DNA of 64,000 bases from the NCBI GenBank assembly GCA_009773475.1, contig WSXV01000003.1, positions 91,179 to 155,178 on the forward strand, written 5' to 3'. The notes beneath the pieces were generated by a model. It had not been told where the DNA came from. It was given only the letters and a program-made list of their open reading frames with translations, and made no database searches. Below, piece by piece: positions 10,877 to 21,072 of this stretch (its first letter is position 1; each line of letters begins with the position of its first letter). The position numbers and the translations under genes were made by a program. The DNA comes from Desulfobulbaceae bacterium (GTDB taxonomy: Bacteria; Desulfobacterota; Desulfobulbia; Desulfobulbales; Desulfocapsaceae).

Positions 10877-11182
10877 TTGGAAAGGCTTGTCCGGTTTGAA
10901 CTTATGGGTCAGGAATACACTTTTTACACCGGGGCTCCCGAGAGTGAAGTTTCTGATATTATTGACCTTGTAAGCGAGCTGGTGGCGGAAAATATATCTG
11001 GAACTTCAGGGGCTATTCCAGTGAGCAAGGTGGCTGTTTTGGTGAGTTTAAATATAGCCTCCCGATATTTTGAATTAAGGTCTCAATTTGATCGATACAG
11101 GGCGGATTCAGAACAGAGGATAGCTTGTTTGACAAAGCAGATTGCCCTAGGCCTCTCTTTGGAAAAAGGAGTGGATGACTGA
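10877..11182 (+). CDS. zapA: cell division protein ZapA
   Basis: TTG start preceded by GGAGA. The N-terminus VRFELMGQEYTFYTG... is typical of ZapA, and the C-terminus is a coiled coil. Confidence 0.7.
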   Translation: MERLVRFELMGQEYTFYTGAPESEVSDIIDLVSELVAENISGTSGAIPVSKVAVLVSLNIASRYFELRSQFDRYRADSEQRIACLTKQIALGLSLEKGVDD

Positions 11183-11304
11183 TAATTTTCTTTTGTTTGT
11201 TTCAAATTCTGCTATATTCGGAACTGTAGTTTTTTACGTTGTTTGTCCTTTCTACGTTACAGGATTTGTTTCTAAGATTGATTTAGTAGAACTTTTTTAA
11301 ATCT

Positions 11305-11478
11305 GTTTCCCTGCCCTGTTGGTGATCAACAGTGTGTTGAGCCAACTCTCACAAAAAGGGTATCTCCACTGTTTTCTAAGGGAAAATTGCTTTGCTTTTT
11401 TCCCGAGGAGACTATGAGTTATGCCCACCTATTTTATAGGTTTAATCATCCTGTTGACACGGCAGGGTGGGGATTTTT
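11305..11478 (+). ncRNA. ssrS: candidate 6S RNA
   Basis: About 175 nt directly downstream of zapA. 5' CCCTGCC (11309-15) pairs with 3' GGCAGGG (11461-67). GTGATCAACAG pairs with CTGTTGACAC. An internal hairpin is AGGGAAAA/TTTTTCCC. The element ends in GGGGATTTTTA. The ends are approximate. Confidence 0.45.
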
Positions 11479-11536
11479 ATTGCGCGCCGTTACGGATAGC
11501 CGGTAATAGAATGGTTTGATTGTAACGGTTTATTCT

Positions 11537-11564
11537 CAGAGTAATGAATGTTATTCTGTTTTTT
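11537..11564 (+). terminator. intrinsic terminator-like hairpin
   Basis: CAGAGTAA-tgaatg-TTATTCTG (8 bp including one G-U) followed by TTTTTT. Confidence 0.5.
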
Positions 11565-12061
11565 ATATCCAGGGCACCTCGGGATAAGGGTTTGAGAGTC
11601 ACTGTTTAGGGTGATCTGTCAGGTTGAGGTGAGTTGACTGGAATTCATCCGCAAGATTATTGATTGCAGTTGGAATGATGCTGGACAAGATTACGAAATT
11701 CGGGAAGAAAAGTTGCGTTTATACTATCAGTTGATGCCTTTGAGAGATGAACTCTTTGCCAAAGTATCGGCAGGGTGTTGATTGATTTCATATATAATAA
11801 TTTAGCGCCTAACGTGTCTGGTTCAGTCTGGAGTCAGGCCGTCATTGCATGATTCAAGTGAGGATGCAATTGTCTTGGCATTAAATTTGGTAATAAATTT
11901 GAGGGGATAGCTTTTGTGTCCCTGATCTTTTTTGCTACTCGTCTATTTTTATCCCTTCCCCTCGTTTTTTTTGTTTCTCTGCCGCAACACGTTGTTTATG
12001 TGTTCGCCATCTACGTCTTCCTGTCCTGTAATCAGATATTGCCAATCGGGGTCAGGGTCTT

Positions 12062-13627
12062 ATGAATATATTAAATGAGCCGATTTATCTGTTGTTTTTA
12101 GGGGTACTTTTTGGCGTAATAGCTGGTTTTCTTTCAAGAAAACGTTTTGTTGAGGGCCATCGCCTCAATATAGAGAGTCAGGGCAGGCAGCTTATAGAAA
12201 ATGCCATTCTTGAGGCTGAGCGCATCAAAAAAGATGCTGTCCTGCAAAGTAAAGAGGTCGCATATCAGCTTAAACAAGCCGTAGAAGAGGAAATTCGGGT
12301 TGATAAGGCTGATTTGAAGGATGAGCTACGACAGCTTAATGATAAAAAAGAGCAGTTAAAGCGTGACTTTGCCAGTCTGGATAAGCGGAAAGAGGATATC
12401 CAGAAGAGTGAAACTCGACTGCAAGAGCAGGAACAAGAGCTGCACGAAAAAAAGAGTGAAGTGGAAGAGCTGATCTCTCATCAGCGGAATGAGCTGGAAA
12501 AAATAGCAGGAATCAGTCAGGAAGAGGCCAGAAAGCTGCTCATGGATTCAATGGAGAGCGAGGCCCGTATGCATGCCGCCAAAAAACTTGCCCGTATCGA
12601 GCAGGAAATGAAGATGGAGGCCGATAAGAAAGGGAAGAACATCCTGGCCCTTGCCATTTCCCGCTACGCCGGCGATTATGTTGCCGATAAAACGGTATCC
12701 ATGGTTCCTCTGCCAAATGATGAGATGAAGGGCAGGATCATCGGCCGGGAGGGAAGAAATATTCGAGCCATTGAGGCGGCCACCGGTATTGATATCATAA
12801 TTGACGATACCCCCGAAGCAGTTATACTTTCCGGATTTAATCCGGTGCGCCGTGAAGTTGCCCGTCTTGCCTTGCTCCAGCTGATTAATGATGGGCGCAT
12901 CCATCCTGCCAGGATTGAAGAGGTGGTTGCTAAAATTACCAAAGAGCTTGAGGTTTCCATGCGCGAGGCTGGAGAGCAAGCCACCTTTGATGTGGGTGCG
13001 CATGGGGTGCATGCTGAATTAATTAATCTCCTGGGTCGTTTGAAGTATCGAACAAGTTACGGACAGAATGTCCTCCAGCATTCTTTAGAGGTTGCCTTTT
13101 TGTGCGGTATTATGGCCGCTGAATTGGGTATTGATGTTAAAATGGCCAAAAGAGCTGGGCTGCTTCACGATATCGGCAAGGCTGTTGATCATGAAGTGGA
13201 GGGCTCGCATGCGATTATTGGTCGTGATCTGGCCAAAAAATATGGTGAGTGCGAGGAAGTTGTCTATGCCATAGGGGCCCATCATGAAGACCTGCCCCCG
13301 CAAAGTGTTCTTGATATTCTAGTGCAGTCCGCAGACGCCTTATCCGGCGCCCGTCCAGGAGCCAGAAAGGAGATGTTGCAGACATATGTCAAACGTTTGG
13401 AAGATCTTGAGAATATTGCCAGTTCCTTTGAAGGGGTGGAAAAGTCCTATGCGATTCAGGCTGGCCGAGACCTGCGGATTATTGTTGATTCCAAGAAGAT
13501 TCAGGATGCCGAGGCCATACTGTTGAGTCAGGATATAGCCAAGGCCATAGAGGCCCAATTGACTTATCCGGGACAGATACGGGTAACCGTGATCCGTGAG
13601 ACCAGGGCAGTGGAGTTTGCCCGATAA
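12062..13627 (+). CDS. rny: ribonuclease Y
   Basis: N-terminal TM helix, a long coiled coil, a KH domain ([13 protein letters not shown]) and an HD domain (LLHDIGKA...GAHH). Confidence 0.95.
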   Translation: MNILNEPIYLLFLGVLFGVIAGFLSRKRFVEGHRLNIESQGRQLIENAILEAERIKKDAVLQSKEVAYQLKQAVEEEIRVDKADLKDELRQLNDKKEQLKRDFASLDKRKEDIQKSETRLQEQEQELHEKKSEVEELISHQRNELEKIAGISQEEARKLLMDSMESEARMHAAKKLARIEQEMKMEADKKGKNILALAISRYAGDYVADKTVSMVPLPNDEMKGRIIGREGRNIRAIEAATGIDIIIDDTPEAVILSGFNPVRREVARLALLQLINDGRIHPARIEEVVAKITKELEVSMREAGEQATFDVGAHGVHAELINLLGRLKYRTSYGQNVLQHSLEVAFLCGIMAAELGIDVKMAKRAGLLHDIGKAVDHEVEGSHAIIGRDLAKKYGECEEVVYAIGAHHEDLPPQSVLDILVQSADALSGARPGARKEMLQTYVKRLEDLENIASSFEGVEKSYAIQAGRDLRIIVDSKKIQDAEAILLSQDIAKAIEAQLTYPGQIRVTVIRETRAVEFAR

Positions 13628-13819
13628 GCCTTATCTGATAAGGGTGTGCTGTCGAAGAATGCTGGTTGTTATTTTAAGCTGTCGTAAATAAATAACTTGG
13701 AATCATTTTGTTTCAAGAACGGCATAAGGGTCCGTAAGGAAATGGATAAAAAGTACGAGTTATTCCTTAACGGCCCATAAGAAAGATTAATTGTTAAAAA
13801 AAGGCGGGCAACAGGAATT

Positions 13820-15031
13820 ATGTCTTCCATTGATGAACAGATAAAACTTATAGAACGGGGAGTAATTGACTGTATTTCCCGTGAAGAACTTGTGAAAAAG
13901 TTGGAAAAATCAGTGGCAACCGGGATTCCTCTGCGGGTAAAGGCTGGTTTTGATCCGACCGCCCCTGATTTGCATTTAGGGCATACGGTGTTGCTGCAAA
14001 AATTGAAGCATTTTCAGGATCTCGGGCATGATGTATATTTTCTGATTGGTGATTTTACAGGAATGATCGGCGATCCAACGGGGAAATCAGAGACTCGCAA
14101 GGCCTTGACCCGTGAGGATGTGGCACGAAATGCAGAAAGTTATAAAGAGCAGGTCTTTAAAATCCTTGATCCTGAAAAAACCAGGGTGGTGTTTAACAGT
14201 CAGTGGCTGGCTGAACTTGATTCCTTTGCCATGATCCGCCTTGCCTCTGAGCTGACTGTGGCCAGAATGCTGGAGCGTGAAGACTTCAAGGTGCGTTTCC
14301 GCGAGGGGAATCCCATCTCTATTCATGAATTTCTCTATCCCTTGATCCAGGGGTATGATTCGGTGGCCCTGGAAGCAGATGTTGAAATTGGCGGTACGGA
14401 CCAGCTCTTCAATCTGCTCATGGGTCGTGATCTTCAGCGTTCCCGTAAACAGGCGCCGCAGGTGGTACTCACCCTTCCTCTTCTTGAAGGCCTGGATGGG
14501 GTGAACAAAATGAGTAAGTCTCTGGGTAATTATATTGGAATTACCGAGTCAGCCAATGATATATATGGCAAGATTCTCTCCATCTCCGATCAATTGATGT
14601 TTCGTTATTATGAGTTGCTTAGTGATCTGGGAGGCGAGCAGATTGCCCAATTGAAGAAAGAGATGGAAGATGGAAGCCTGCACCCCAAAGAGATCAAGAA
14701 GCAACTGGCTCGCGAGTTGACGGCGCGCTTTCATTCAGTGGAGGCGGCAAGCCAGGCAGAGGAAAATTTTGAACAGGTTTTTCAGAAAGGTGGGTTGCCT
14801 GATGATATTCAGGTGGTTGAGATAACAGCCTCTGAAGATCTCTGGCTCCCCCAGCTTTTAGTAGATATGGAACTTGTAAAATCTACCTCGGATGGGCGTC
14901 GAATGATTAAACAGAATGCTGTTTCTCTGGATGGAGAAAAAGTGACAGATGTCAATGCAGTGGTCAAGCCCCAGGGAGAAGTGCTGGTAAAAGTTGGTAA
15001 GCTCCGATATTGCAAGGTTTGCTTCAGGTAA
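13820..15031 (+). CDS. tyrS: tyrosine--tRNA ligase
   Basis: HLGH (HIGH-type) and KMSKS motifs, plus a C-terminal S4-like domain. Confidence 0.9.
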   Translation: MSSIDEQIKLIERGVIDCISREELVKKLEKSVATGIPLRVKAGFDPTAPDLHLGHTVLLQKLKHFQDLGHDVYFLIGDFTGMIGDPTGKSETRKALTREDVARNAESYKEQVFKILDPEKTRVVFNSQWLAELDSFAMIRLASELTVARMLEREDFKVRFREGNPISIHEFLYPLIQGYDSVALEADVEIGGTDQLFNLLMGRDLQRSRKQAPQVVLTLPLLEGLDGVNKMSKSLGNYIGITESANDIYGKILSISDQLMFRYYELLSDLGGEQIAQLKKEMEDGSLHPKEIKKQLARELTARFHSVEAASQAEENFEQVFQKGGLPDDIQVVEITASEDLWLPQLLVDMELVKSTSDGRRMIKQNAVSLDGEKVTDVNAVVKPQGEVLVKVGKLRYCKVCFR

Positions 15032-15126
15032 GCGAGATTTTAAATAAACAACGGGTGAGGATTCAGGTTTCTGATATATCTTTTTAACATTGATGGCGTA
15101 TTGGTATCTCTGATGATTGGCTGAAA

Positions 15127-15170
15127 CGCAAAAAGGATTAAAACCTGAACAGGTTTTAATCCTTTTTGCG
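15127..15170. terminator. bidirectional terminator-like perfect palindrome between convergent tyrS and fur
   Basis: 21-nt arms CGCAAAAAGGATTAAAACCTG / CAGGTTTTAATCCTTTTTGCG, with short T tracts on both strands. Confidence 0.65.
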
Positions 15171-15313
15171 TTTACGAGGGGTTCTTTAGAAAAAACCAAG
15201 AAAAATCTCCCTTGTTTTTTTCTAAGAATGGAGACAAAAATTCATCGGCGCATTTTTTGTCTTTGGCATGTTTCATCCAATTATGCCTTTGTTGATGGGC
15301 AAATTCATCACTA

Positions 15314-15730
15314 TCAGTTCACACTCGTTTGGTGCTTTGCTTTTGTGCAATAATCGCAGAGTCCTGTAAATTCAATGTGATGGCTCAGAATTTGATAGTG
15401 AGTCGACTTTGCCGCTGATTCATTAATGCTTTGTTGGACAGGCATGTCAACGTCGCTCACCTTGCCACAATCTATACAACGAACATGGTAATGGGGCTTA
15501 ACGACGGCGTCAAAGCGTTTTTGGGTGCCCCCTACTTCCAGTTTAAGGATTAAACCGGTTTCAGACATCAATTCAAGATTTCTGTACACAGTCCCCAAGC
15601 CGATACGGGGAAGACGCTTGCGTACCATATCATAGACTTCATTGGCAGTTGGGTGTGAGGTTACTTTTATAAGTTCTTCAAGGATAACTTGACGCTGAGT
15701 GGTCAAGCGCATGGGGGTGTTTTCTTGCAT
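15314..15730 (-). CDS. Fur family transcriptional regulator
   Basis: Winged-helix N-terminus (RLTTQRQVILEEL..., GLGTVYRNL), HYHVRCIDCGKV and C-terminal CDYC metal-site motifs. The metal specificity (Fur/Zur/PerR) cannot be decided. Confidence 0.85.
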   Translation of the reverse strand: MQENTPMRLTTQRQVILEELIKVTSHPTANEVYDMVRKRLPRIGLGTVYRNLELMSETGLILKLEVGGTQKRFDAVVKPHYHVRCIDCGKVSDVDMPVQQSINESAAKSTHYQILSHHIEFTGLCDYCTKAKHQTSVN

Positions 15731-15979
15731 GAAAAGTCCTGTTACTGATTAAAAGATTGAGATAGTAAGGTTTATTACTTGGCAAAGTATCTCAGATTGA
15801 GGGGAAAAACAAGGGGAAACTCTTGGCATCGAGAGACTGGCATGGGTTTTATCAATCGATCTTCAACATGCAGGATAATGTGGTGCTGAGTGTTAACGTG
15901 TCGGTTGATCTGGGGGAGGAACAGATTGAATCCTTTCTCTGCCATTCAGCGATGCAGGTGTTGATGATCTCGGGAGGTT

Positions 15980-17266
15980 TTATTCGAGAAATGGATTGAA
16001 ATAACCAAGACGAAGGGATGGGAATTTTTGGTGCACCTTGCGAAGCCATGTGCGCATGCCCAGTGGCTTTTGTGTTGGTTGGAATCCGAGCGTCTGTAGG
16101 TACCATTCAGGATCCATATTCAGATTTCGTAATTGAATCAGGTCAGGGCGGCATGTTTCGACCAGTTCTGAGAAGGCCGTAAACTCTTCTGGAGAGTCTG
16201 TTACACCAGGTTGGATAAAATAGTTGAGTGAGACAAAACGGTTGGCATTCTTCATGGTACGAATGGAGTCTTTGACGTGTTCTAGGCTGAACCCGACGGG
16301 CCGATAGTAGCGGGTGTGGAATATCTCTTGGGCAGAGTTGAGGCTGACCCGGAGGCTGTCCAGTCCGGCATCGGCCAGCAATGCGACGGCCTGAGGTAGG
16401 CTGGCGTTGGAGTTGAGGTTGATGGTGCCGCGGGAGGTTTTTTTGCGGATAAGGCGAATGGCTTCTTCAATGACGTGGGCCTGCAACAGGGGCTCGCCTT
16501 CACATCCCTGGCCAAAGCTGACAATGGCATGTTCCGCCTTTTGCAGATGAGGTATGGCTACAGCGGCGATCTCTTGGGCTGTGGGGACAAATTGGATACG
16601 GTCCTGACTTGCTGAGCAGGAACCGGCAGGCTGGAGAGAGATGCAGCCGACACAGCGTGCGTTACAGATGGGGGAGGTGGGAAGAGGGGCCTCCCAGCGA
16701 TCGAGAAAATAATTCCGGGCAGCCGGACAGCCGTACGTCAGGCAGCATTTCCCCAGATGTTGGACCAACCTGTTGTCACTGAATTCTTTCAGTTTTTTTT
16801 TTGTCTTTCTCGTGATGACGGCCTGGTCAAATTGGCAGGTATCCTGACGTTTGTCTGGATCGCTACGAAACGCAGTTGTCCAGAATTGGCCTTGGTGCCA
16901 GCCCACAGCTGTATAAGCGAAAAGGGGGAGGCGTGGGGCATTGTCAGCATGGGTTTGGTAGGCACTGTTAAAGATGGCCGTATGGGCTGGCGACATGAAG
17001 GCCGCAACTGCCTGGACGAACTCTCCCTGATGAAAGGGACTTTCTTCCAGGAGCAGCGGCTCGTTGGTATCCGGATCACACCCTATGGGGAAGCGGCCAG
17101 GCAGGACAAAGAGTTCACTCCCTTCAGGGAGGGGGATCAGATCTTCAGGAGTTGGTTGAAAGAATTGTCCTCCACTCATGCCGGCCATATTCAGGCCTGA
17201 AAAATCTGTAATGTTGCCCTTGAGATCAGCAAAAACCAGGGAAGGAGAGGCGTCTGGGTGGATCAC
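15980..17266 (-). CDS. radical SAM protein, unknown substrate
   Basis: CNARCVGC (CxxxCxxC) at about residue 200, preceded by an uncharacterised N-terminal domain of about 190 aa. GTG start with a 4-nt overlap with the upstream ORF. Confidence 0.7.
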   Translation of the reverse strand: MIHPDASPSLVFADLKGNITDFSGLNMAGMSGGQFFQPTPEDLIPLPEGSELFVLPGRFPIGCDPDTNEPLLLEESPFHQGEFVQAVAAFMSPAHTAIFNSAYQTHADNAPRLPLFAYTAVGWHQGQFWTTAFRSDPDKRQDTCQFDQAVITRKTKKKLKEFSDNRLVQHLGKCCLTYGCPAARNYFLDRWEAPLPTSPICNARCVGCISLQPAGSCSASQDRIQFVPTAQEIAAVAIPHLQKAEHAIVSFGQGCEGEPLLQAHVIEEAIRLIRKKTSRGTINLNSNASLPQAVALLADAGLDSLRVSLNSAQEIFHTRYYRPVGFSLEHVKDSIRTMKNANRFVSLNYFIQPGVTDSPEEFTAFSELVETCRPDLIQLRNLNMDPEWYLQTLGFQPTQKPLGMRTWLRKVHQKFPSLRLGYFNPFLE

Positions 17267-17688
17267 TGGGGACGCAGAGTCTTGAAAATGGAATCTGTGG
17301 CCAGGTAAATGTCGAGATCTTCACCGTAAATATCCTGAATCGCTGAGTGGTTGATCAAATCTTCAATGATAAATTGGGTGAGATAGAGACTGATAATATT
17401 GGGGTCCGGGACCAGGGTGCGCAAGGGCGCAACCTTCAGTTGGATGTCGAATTCTTCCAGGTTGGAGAGTTTCTTCAGCTGTTCTTCAAAGGTGTCATGG
17501 AGACTTTGTACAGACGTTGTTTCGACGATTCCTTTGTCGATTAAGCGCTGTACCAACTTTGCTGCCAGTTCATCGGCGTTTTCTCGGGCCTTTTGAAGCA
17601 TAAAGCGCCTTTCCTGTTCTCGTTTGCGATCAATGCTGCGTATGGTTTTGTCGGTGGCGTTATTGGCGCTGATATGGGCTTTTGCCAT
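17263..17688 (-). CDS. hypothetical acidic protein, translationally coupled to the radical SAM gene
   Basis: ATG at 17688 follows GGAGA. No family recognised. Confidence 0.4.
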   Translation of the reverse strand: MAKAHISANNATDKTIRSIDRKREQERRFMLQKARENADELAAKLVQRLIDKGIVETTSVQSLHDTFEEQLKKLSNLEEFDIQLKVAPLRTLVPDPNIISLYLTQFIIEDLINHSAIQDIYGEDLDIYLATDSIFKTLRPQ

Positions 17689-18010
17689 GTATGTATTCTC
17701 CGGAGTGTCTTTCTGTGAGCGAAGATGAATCAATATCTTCGTAAATTTATGAGAAGAGTCAAGGAATGGAATCTACTGTATCCGAGGTATTCTTCCAATA
17801 AAAAACTAACCTGTCGAAGGAAAATAAATATATGCAGATTCATCATTCTGATCTGTTGGGCCCTGCAGGCTGATTTGTTAGGGGATCTATTCTCACAATG
17901 TTTGCAGTGCCCGCGGAAGTCATTTTTGAGAACTTTTCAGGTGGGTTTCTCAATGTCGTGCCTTTCTTTTTCTCTGCTATCCTTAACGAAGGGTGTTCTC
18001 GTCCATATTC

Positions 18011-20212
18011 CTATGCGTTGCTGTTGTAAAGACTCTGGAAACGCTGCATTTCCTGCGCCTGCTCATCTGGGAGGTGCAGTTCATATTTTGCCAGATACTC
18101 TGCCGCCATACGATGGGTGTTAAAAATAGGAATATTCAGGAGGAGGTTCATAACCGCTTTGTCAAGGAACGCGGAGTTATTCGGGGATTGATAGAATTCT
18201 TTCAGAATGGTTGGCAGAAGTTGATAAAATGAGGCCGAGTCCTCGCTGTAAAGCAACGTTTCTGGGTTTTCGCTGAGATTGGCCTCGTTAACGGATCCTT
18301 CTTGTCCGAATTTCCATCCAGTCAATCCATCGTGATACCCTTCAACCCACCACCCGTCCATGATCGATATATTGGGGACGCCATTCATGGCAGCTTTCAT
18401 TCCGCTGGTTCCTGAGGCCTCCAGGGGTCGTTTAGGGTTATTGAGCCAGGCATGAACCCCTGCAACCATCATCTTGGCGATTTTCATGTCATAATTGGGG
18501 ATAAAAATTAAATTTGCCAGGCCATTACTTTTCTGGTGCAATTCTTTTTGATAGTCAAGAATCAGTTTGATAACGGATTTCCCAGGTTCATCCGCCGGAT
18601 GAGCCTTACCGGCAAAAATAAAATTAATGGGCCAGTTGTTTGAGACCACGATATCGCAAAGGGTGTCGAGGTTATCAAAGATCAAATCCGCGCGCTTGTA
18701 TGTGGAAAAGCGTCTGGCAAATCCGATTGTGAAAACCTGTGGGTTTAATCGACTATTCCTGTCTATGAAAGAGGAGAAGAAATTGGGCGGATCAATCCAG
18801 GTTTCAAATTTTTGATCGCGGTGCTGTAAAAGCATGGCGTTGATGAACTTAAAGAGGATGTCCGTATCTTTTTTCCAGGCAATGTTGAGATAGTTGCGAA
18901 ATTTCAAGTCCTTTGCCATAGAAGGCAGCTTGGCAAAAACACCTGGGTCATGCTGCCAGTTGTGGAGTGCTGGGAAATGATTAAAAACCTCGCCGCGTGC
19001 CTCGCTGATCCAGGTGAGATGATGAACACCGTTGGTAATGGCTGAAATTTTATCGGCAAACTGGGGAAACTGCTTGTGGGTTACGTCACGGTGTAGCCTG
19101 CTGACGCTGTTCGCAGCCTTATTGACCGTCATGGCCAAAGTCGTAAAGTTATATGTGTGTGGGCACTCCTCATCGCGCGCTAATAGATTCAGAAGTCGCT
19201 GGCATGATTTATGGCTGATTCCGGCATAGAGGGCTTTTTCGAAACGATCGTGTCCGGCCTTTACTGGTGTATGAATGGTGTAGATTGTTTTGTGGGCAAC
19301 GATGTCAGCCGCTTGCATGATCTCCTGATCAGTGGCTTCACAGAGCTCAGTGCGGCCGAGAAGTTTTTCAAGTTCTTCCACTATTAGTTGAAGAATTGCG
19401 ATAACCCCATGCTGTTCATTCAGATGGTAGGTGTTGGCGGTAAAACCCAGTTTTCGTAGCGCCCGATTGATGCCTGAGCCGAGCATCCGTCGCTGCAGGG
19501 CCTTGACCATGGACGATTCCGCATTGTAGAGTTGTTTGGCTGCGGTTCTAAATGGTTCCGGTGTTTCCGGCAGAGAAAAATCAAGAAGAATTTCCGGAAT
19601 GAAAAAGTTAAGGGAATGGTTGATCTCCATTTTCATCCAGACGTTGGCCTTTATGACTATTGGCTCATTGCCTCCATTGTAAAAGGGGACATCAATCTGC
19701 AGTGGTTGTCCAGGTCTGCCTGGATCGTGCAATTGATAGAGTCCATGTGTGGACTCAGGCTCCCATGTGACAGCCTGGGAGATCTGGCCAATCTTTGAGT
19801 CTACAATCTGGGAGAAGTATCCCTGTCGATAGAGGAGGCTGATCGCGACCACCGGGATTTTGCAATCAGCAAAGCTTTTGAGGGTGTCTCCTGCCAGAAC
19901 GCCAAGGCCGCCACTATAATTGGGGATTTTTTCAGGGCCATGAAAGAGTTTGTTGATGAAAGCTTTCAGCCTGTTGTCCATGGTGCTGGTATGTTCAAGA
20001 TCGATCAGTCTTTGTTTGATCGGATTGTAAACATCGGGGTCAGCACCGATTTCCATGGAGATGTAAGCAACGGAGTTTCCTTGTGGATGGGTCAGCTGAG
20101 CCCAGACGTTATCAAGAACCTTCTGTCGTACGCCAAAATAGGTGCCAAATTGATTAGAGGCGATCAGGGAGTGAATGTTGGATGCAGTAATGGTGTTTCG
20201 CGTATTGGGCAT
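18011..20212 (-). CDS. glgP: alpha-glucan (glycogen/maltodextrin) phosphorylase family protein
   Basis: GGLGVLAGDTLKSFAD and EASGTSGMKAAMNG (PLP Lys region) motifs. Confidence 0.85.
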   Translation of the reverse strand: MPNTRNTITASNIHSLIASNQFGTYFGVRQKVLDNVWAQLTHPQGNSVAYISMEIGADPDVYNPIKQRLIDLEHTSTMDNRLKAFINKLFHGPEKIPNYSGGLGVLAGDTLKSFADCKIPVVAISLLYRQGYFSQIVDSKIGQISQAVTWEPESTHGLYQLHDPGRPGQPLQIDVPFYNGGNEPIVIKANVWMKMEINHSLNFFIPEILLDFSLPETPEPFRTAAKQLYNAESSMVKALQRRMLGSGINRALRKLGFTANTYHLNEQHGVIAILQLIVEELEKLLGRTELCEATDQEIMQAADIVAHKTIYTIHTPVKAGHDRFEKALYAGISHKSCQRLLNLLARDEECPHTYNFTTLAMTVNKAANSVSRLHRDVTHKQFPQFADKISAITNGVHHLTWISEARGEVFNHFPALHNWQHDPGVFAKLPSMAKDLKFRNYLNIAWKKDTDILFKFINAMLLQHRDQKFETWIDPPNFFSSFIDRNSRLNPQVFTIGFARRFSTYKRADLIFDNLDTLCDIVVSNNWPINFIFAGKAHPADEPGKSVIKLILDYQKELHQKSNGLANLIFIPNYDMKIAKMMVAGVHAWLNNPKRPLEASGTSGMKAAMNGVPNISIMDGWWVEGYHDGLTGWKFGQEGSVNEANLSENPETLLYSEDSASFYQLLPTILKEFYQSPNNSAFLDKAVMNLLLNIPIFNTHRMAAEYLAKYELHLPDEQAQEMQRFQSLYNSNA

Positions 20213-20467
20213 GGCTGATTTATGGTTTAAATACCTGGAATTTTTAATGTTAAAAGATTTTTATGTTTTTCTATTGAGAAAGATTGCTTATATGTAGATG
20301 GGAAGGCGAAAATTTTCAAGAAAAAACCATTTTATCCAAAAAATCATGGAAAAGACCTGTTTCAATTTTTATTGCAGAGGTGTATATTCGCGTATCGAGA
20401 TAGTTAGATGAGCTCTTTTGTTCTAGGGCAATAATATAAAAAATTTCATATTGAAGGTAAAATTGTG

Positions 20468-20977
20468 ATGAGTAGAATGCAGAGTGTATCGTCAGTTGTG
20501 CTTGGCTTGATGATGTTTACCCTTGTCGGGTGTGCTGACAAGGGTAAAACAAATGAGGAAATGCCGGGTGGAAAGGACAGTGCTGCCATGGGAGCCAGGG
20601 AATCGTTGGATTCAGAGCCGATTGGTATCATGGAAGGCCGGACTTCAGGGCCCATGTTGCCGCTTTATTTTGATTTCGATTCCTCGGCTATTCGTCAGGA
20701 TCAAATTGCCCGCATGGATGGCAATGCCGCTTTTCTCAAGTCGAAGTCTGTTTATATTAGAATTGAGGGGAATTGTGATCCCCGTGGTACTCAGGAATAT
20801 AATATGGCCCTTGGTGAGCGCCGTGCCCTCAGCGCCCAGAAATATCTTGCAGGCAAGGGGATTCCCAAAGAAAGAATGACGACTATCAGTTATGGTGCTG
20901 AGCAGCTTTTACTGCAAGGGCATGACGAGTTGTCCTGGGCCCAGAACAGGCGAGATGATTTTGTCATAGTAAAGTAA
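20468..20977 (+). CDS. pal: peptidoglycan-associated lipoprotein Pal (OmpA family)
   Basis: Lipobox LVGC and OmpA-C motifs (YFDFDSS..., GNCDPRGTQEYNMALGERRA, NRRDDF). Confidence 0.85.
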   Translation: MSRMQSVSSVVLGLMMFTLVGCADKGKTNEEMPGGKDSAAMGARESLDSEPIGIMEGRTSGPMLPLYFDFDSSAIRQDQIARMDGNAAFLKSKSVYIRIEGNCDPRGTQEYNMALGERRALSAQKYLAGKGIPKERMTTISYGAEQLLLQGHDELSWAQNRRDDFVIVK

Positions 20978-21072
20978 AAAAGCCAAGCTTGCGTGAAATG
21001 CTGTAAATGGTAACAAGGAAAGATATCTTGTTAAGGTGCTAAAATATAAGAGATATAGAAGAGAGGAATAAA

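Noticed and set aside
13628-13819. Possible T-box riboswitch upstream of tyrS.
   Set aside because: There is no T-box core (AAnnnGGGTGGTACCGCG-like) sequence, no specifier-loop architecture and no terminator/antiterminator pair. Only a single bulged hairpin is present.
17263-17733. Assignment of the small ORF upstream of the radical SAM gene to DUF507 or another named family, and use of the TTG start at 17733.
   Set aside because: I could not match remembered family signatures, so it is left as hypothetical. The ATG at 17688 has a proper GGAGA RBS, whereas the TTG at 17733 does not.
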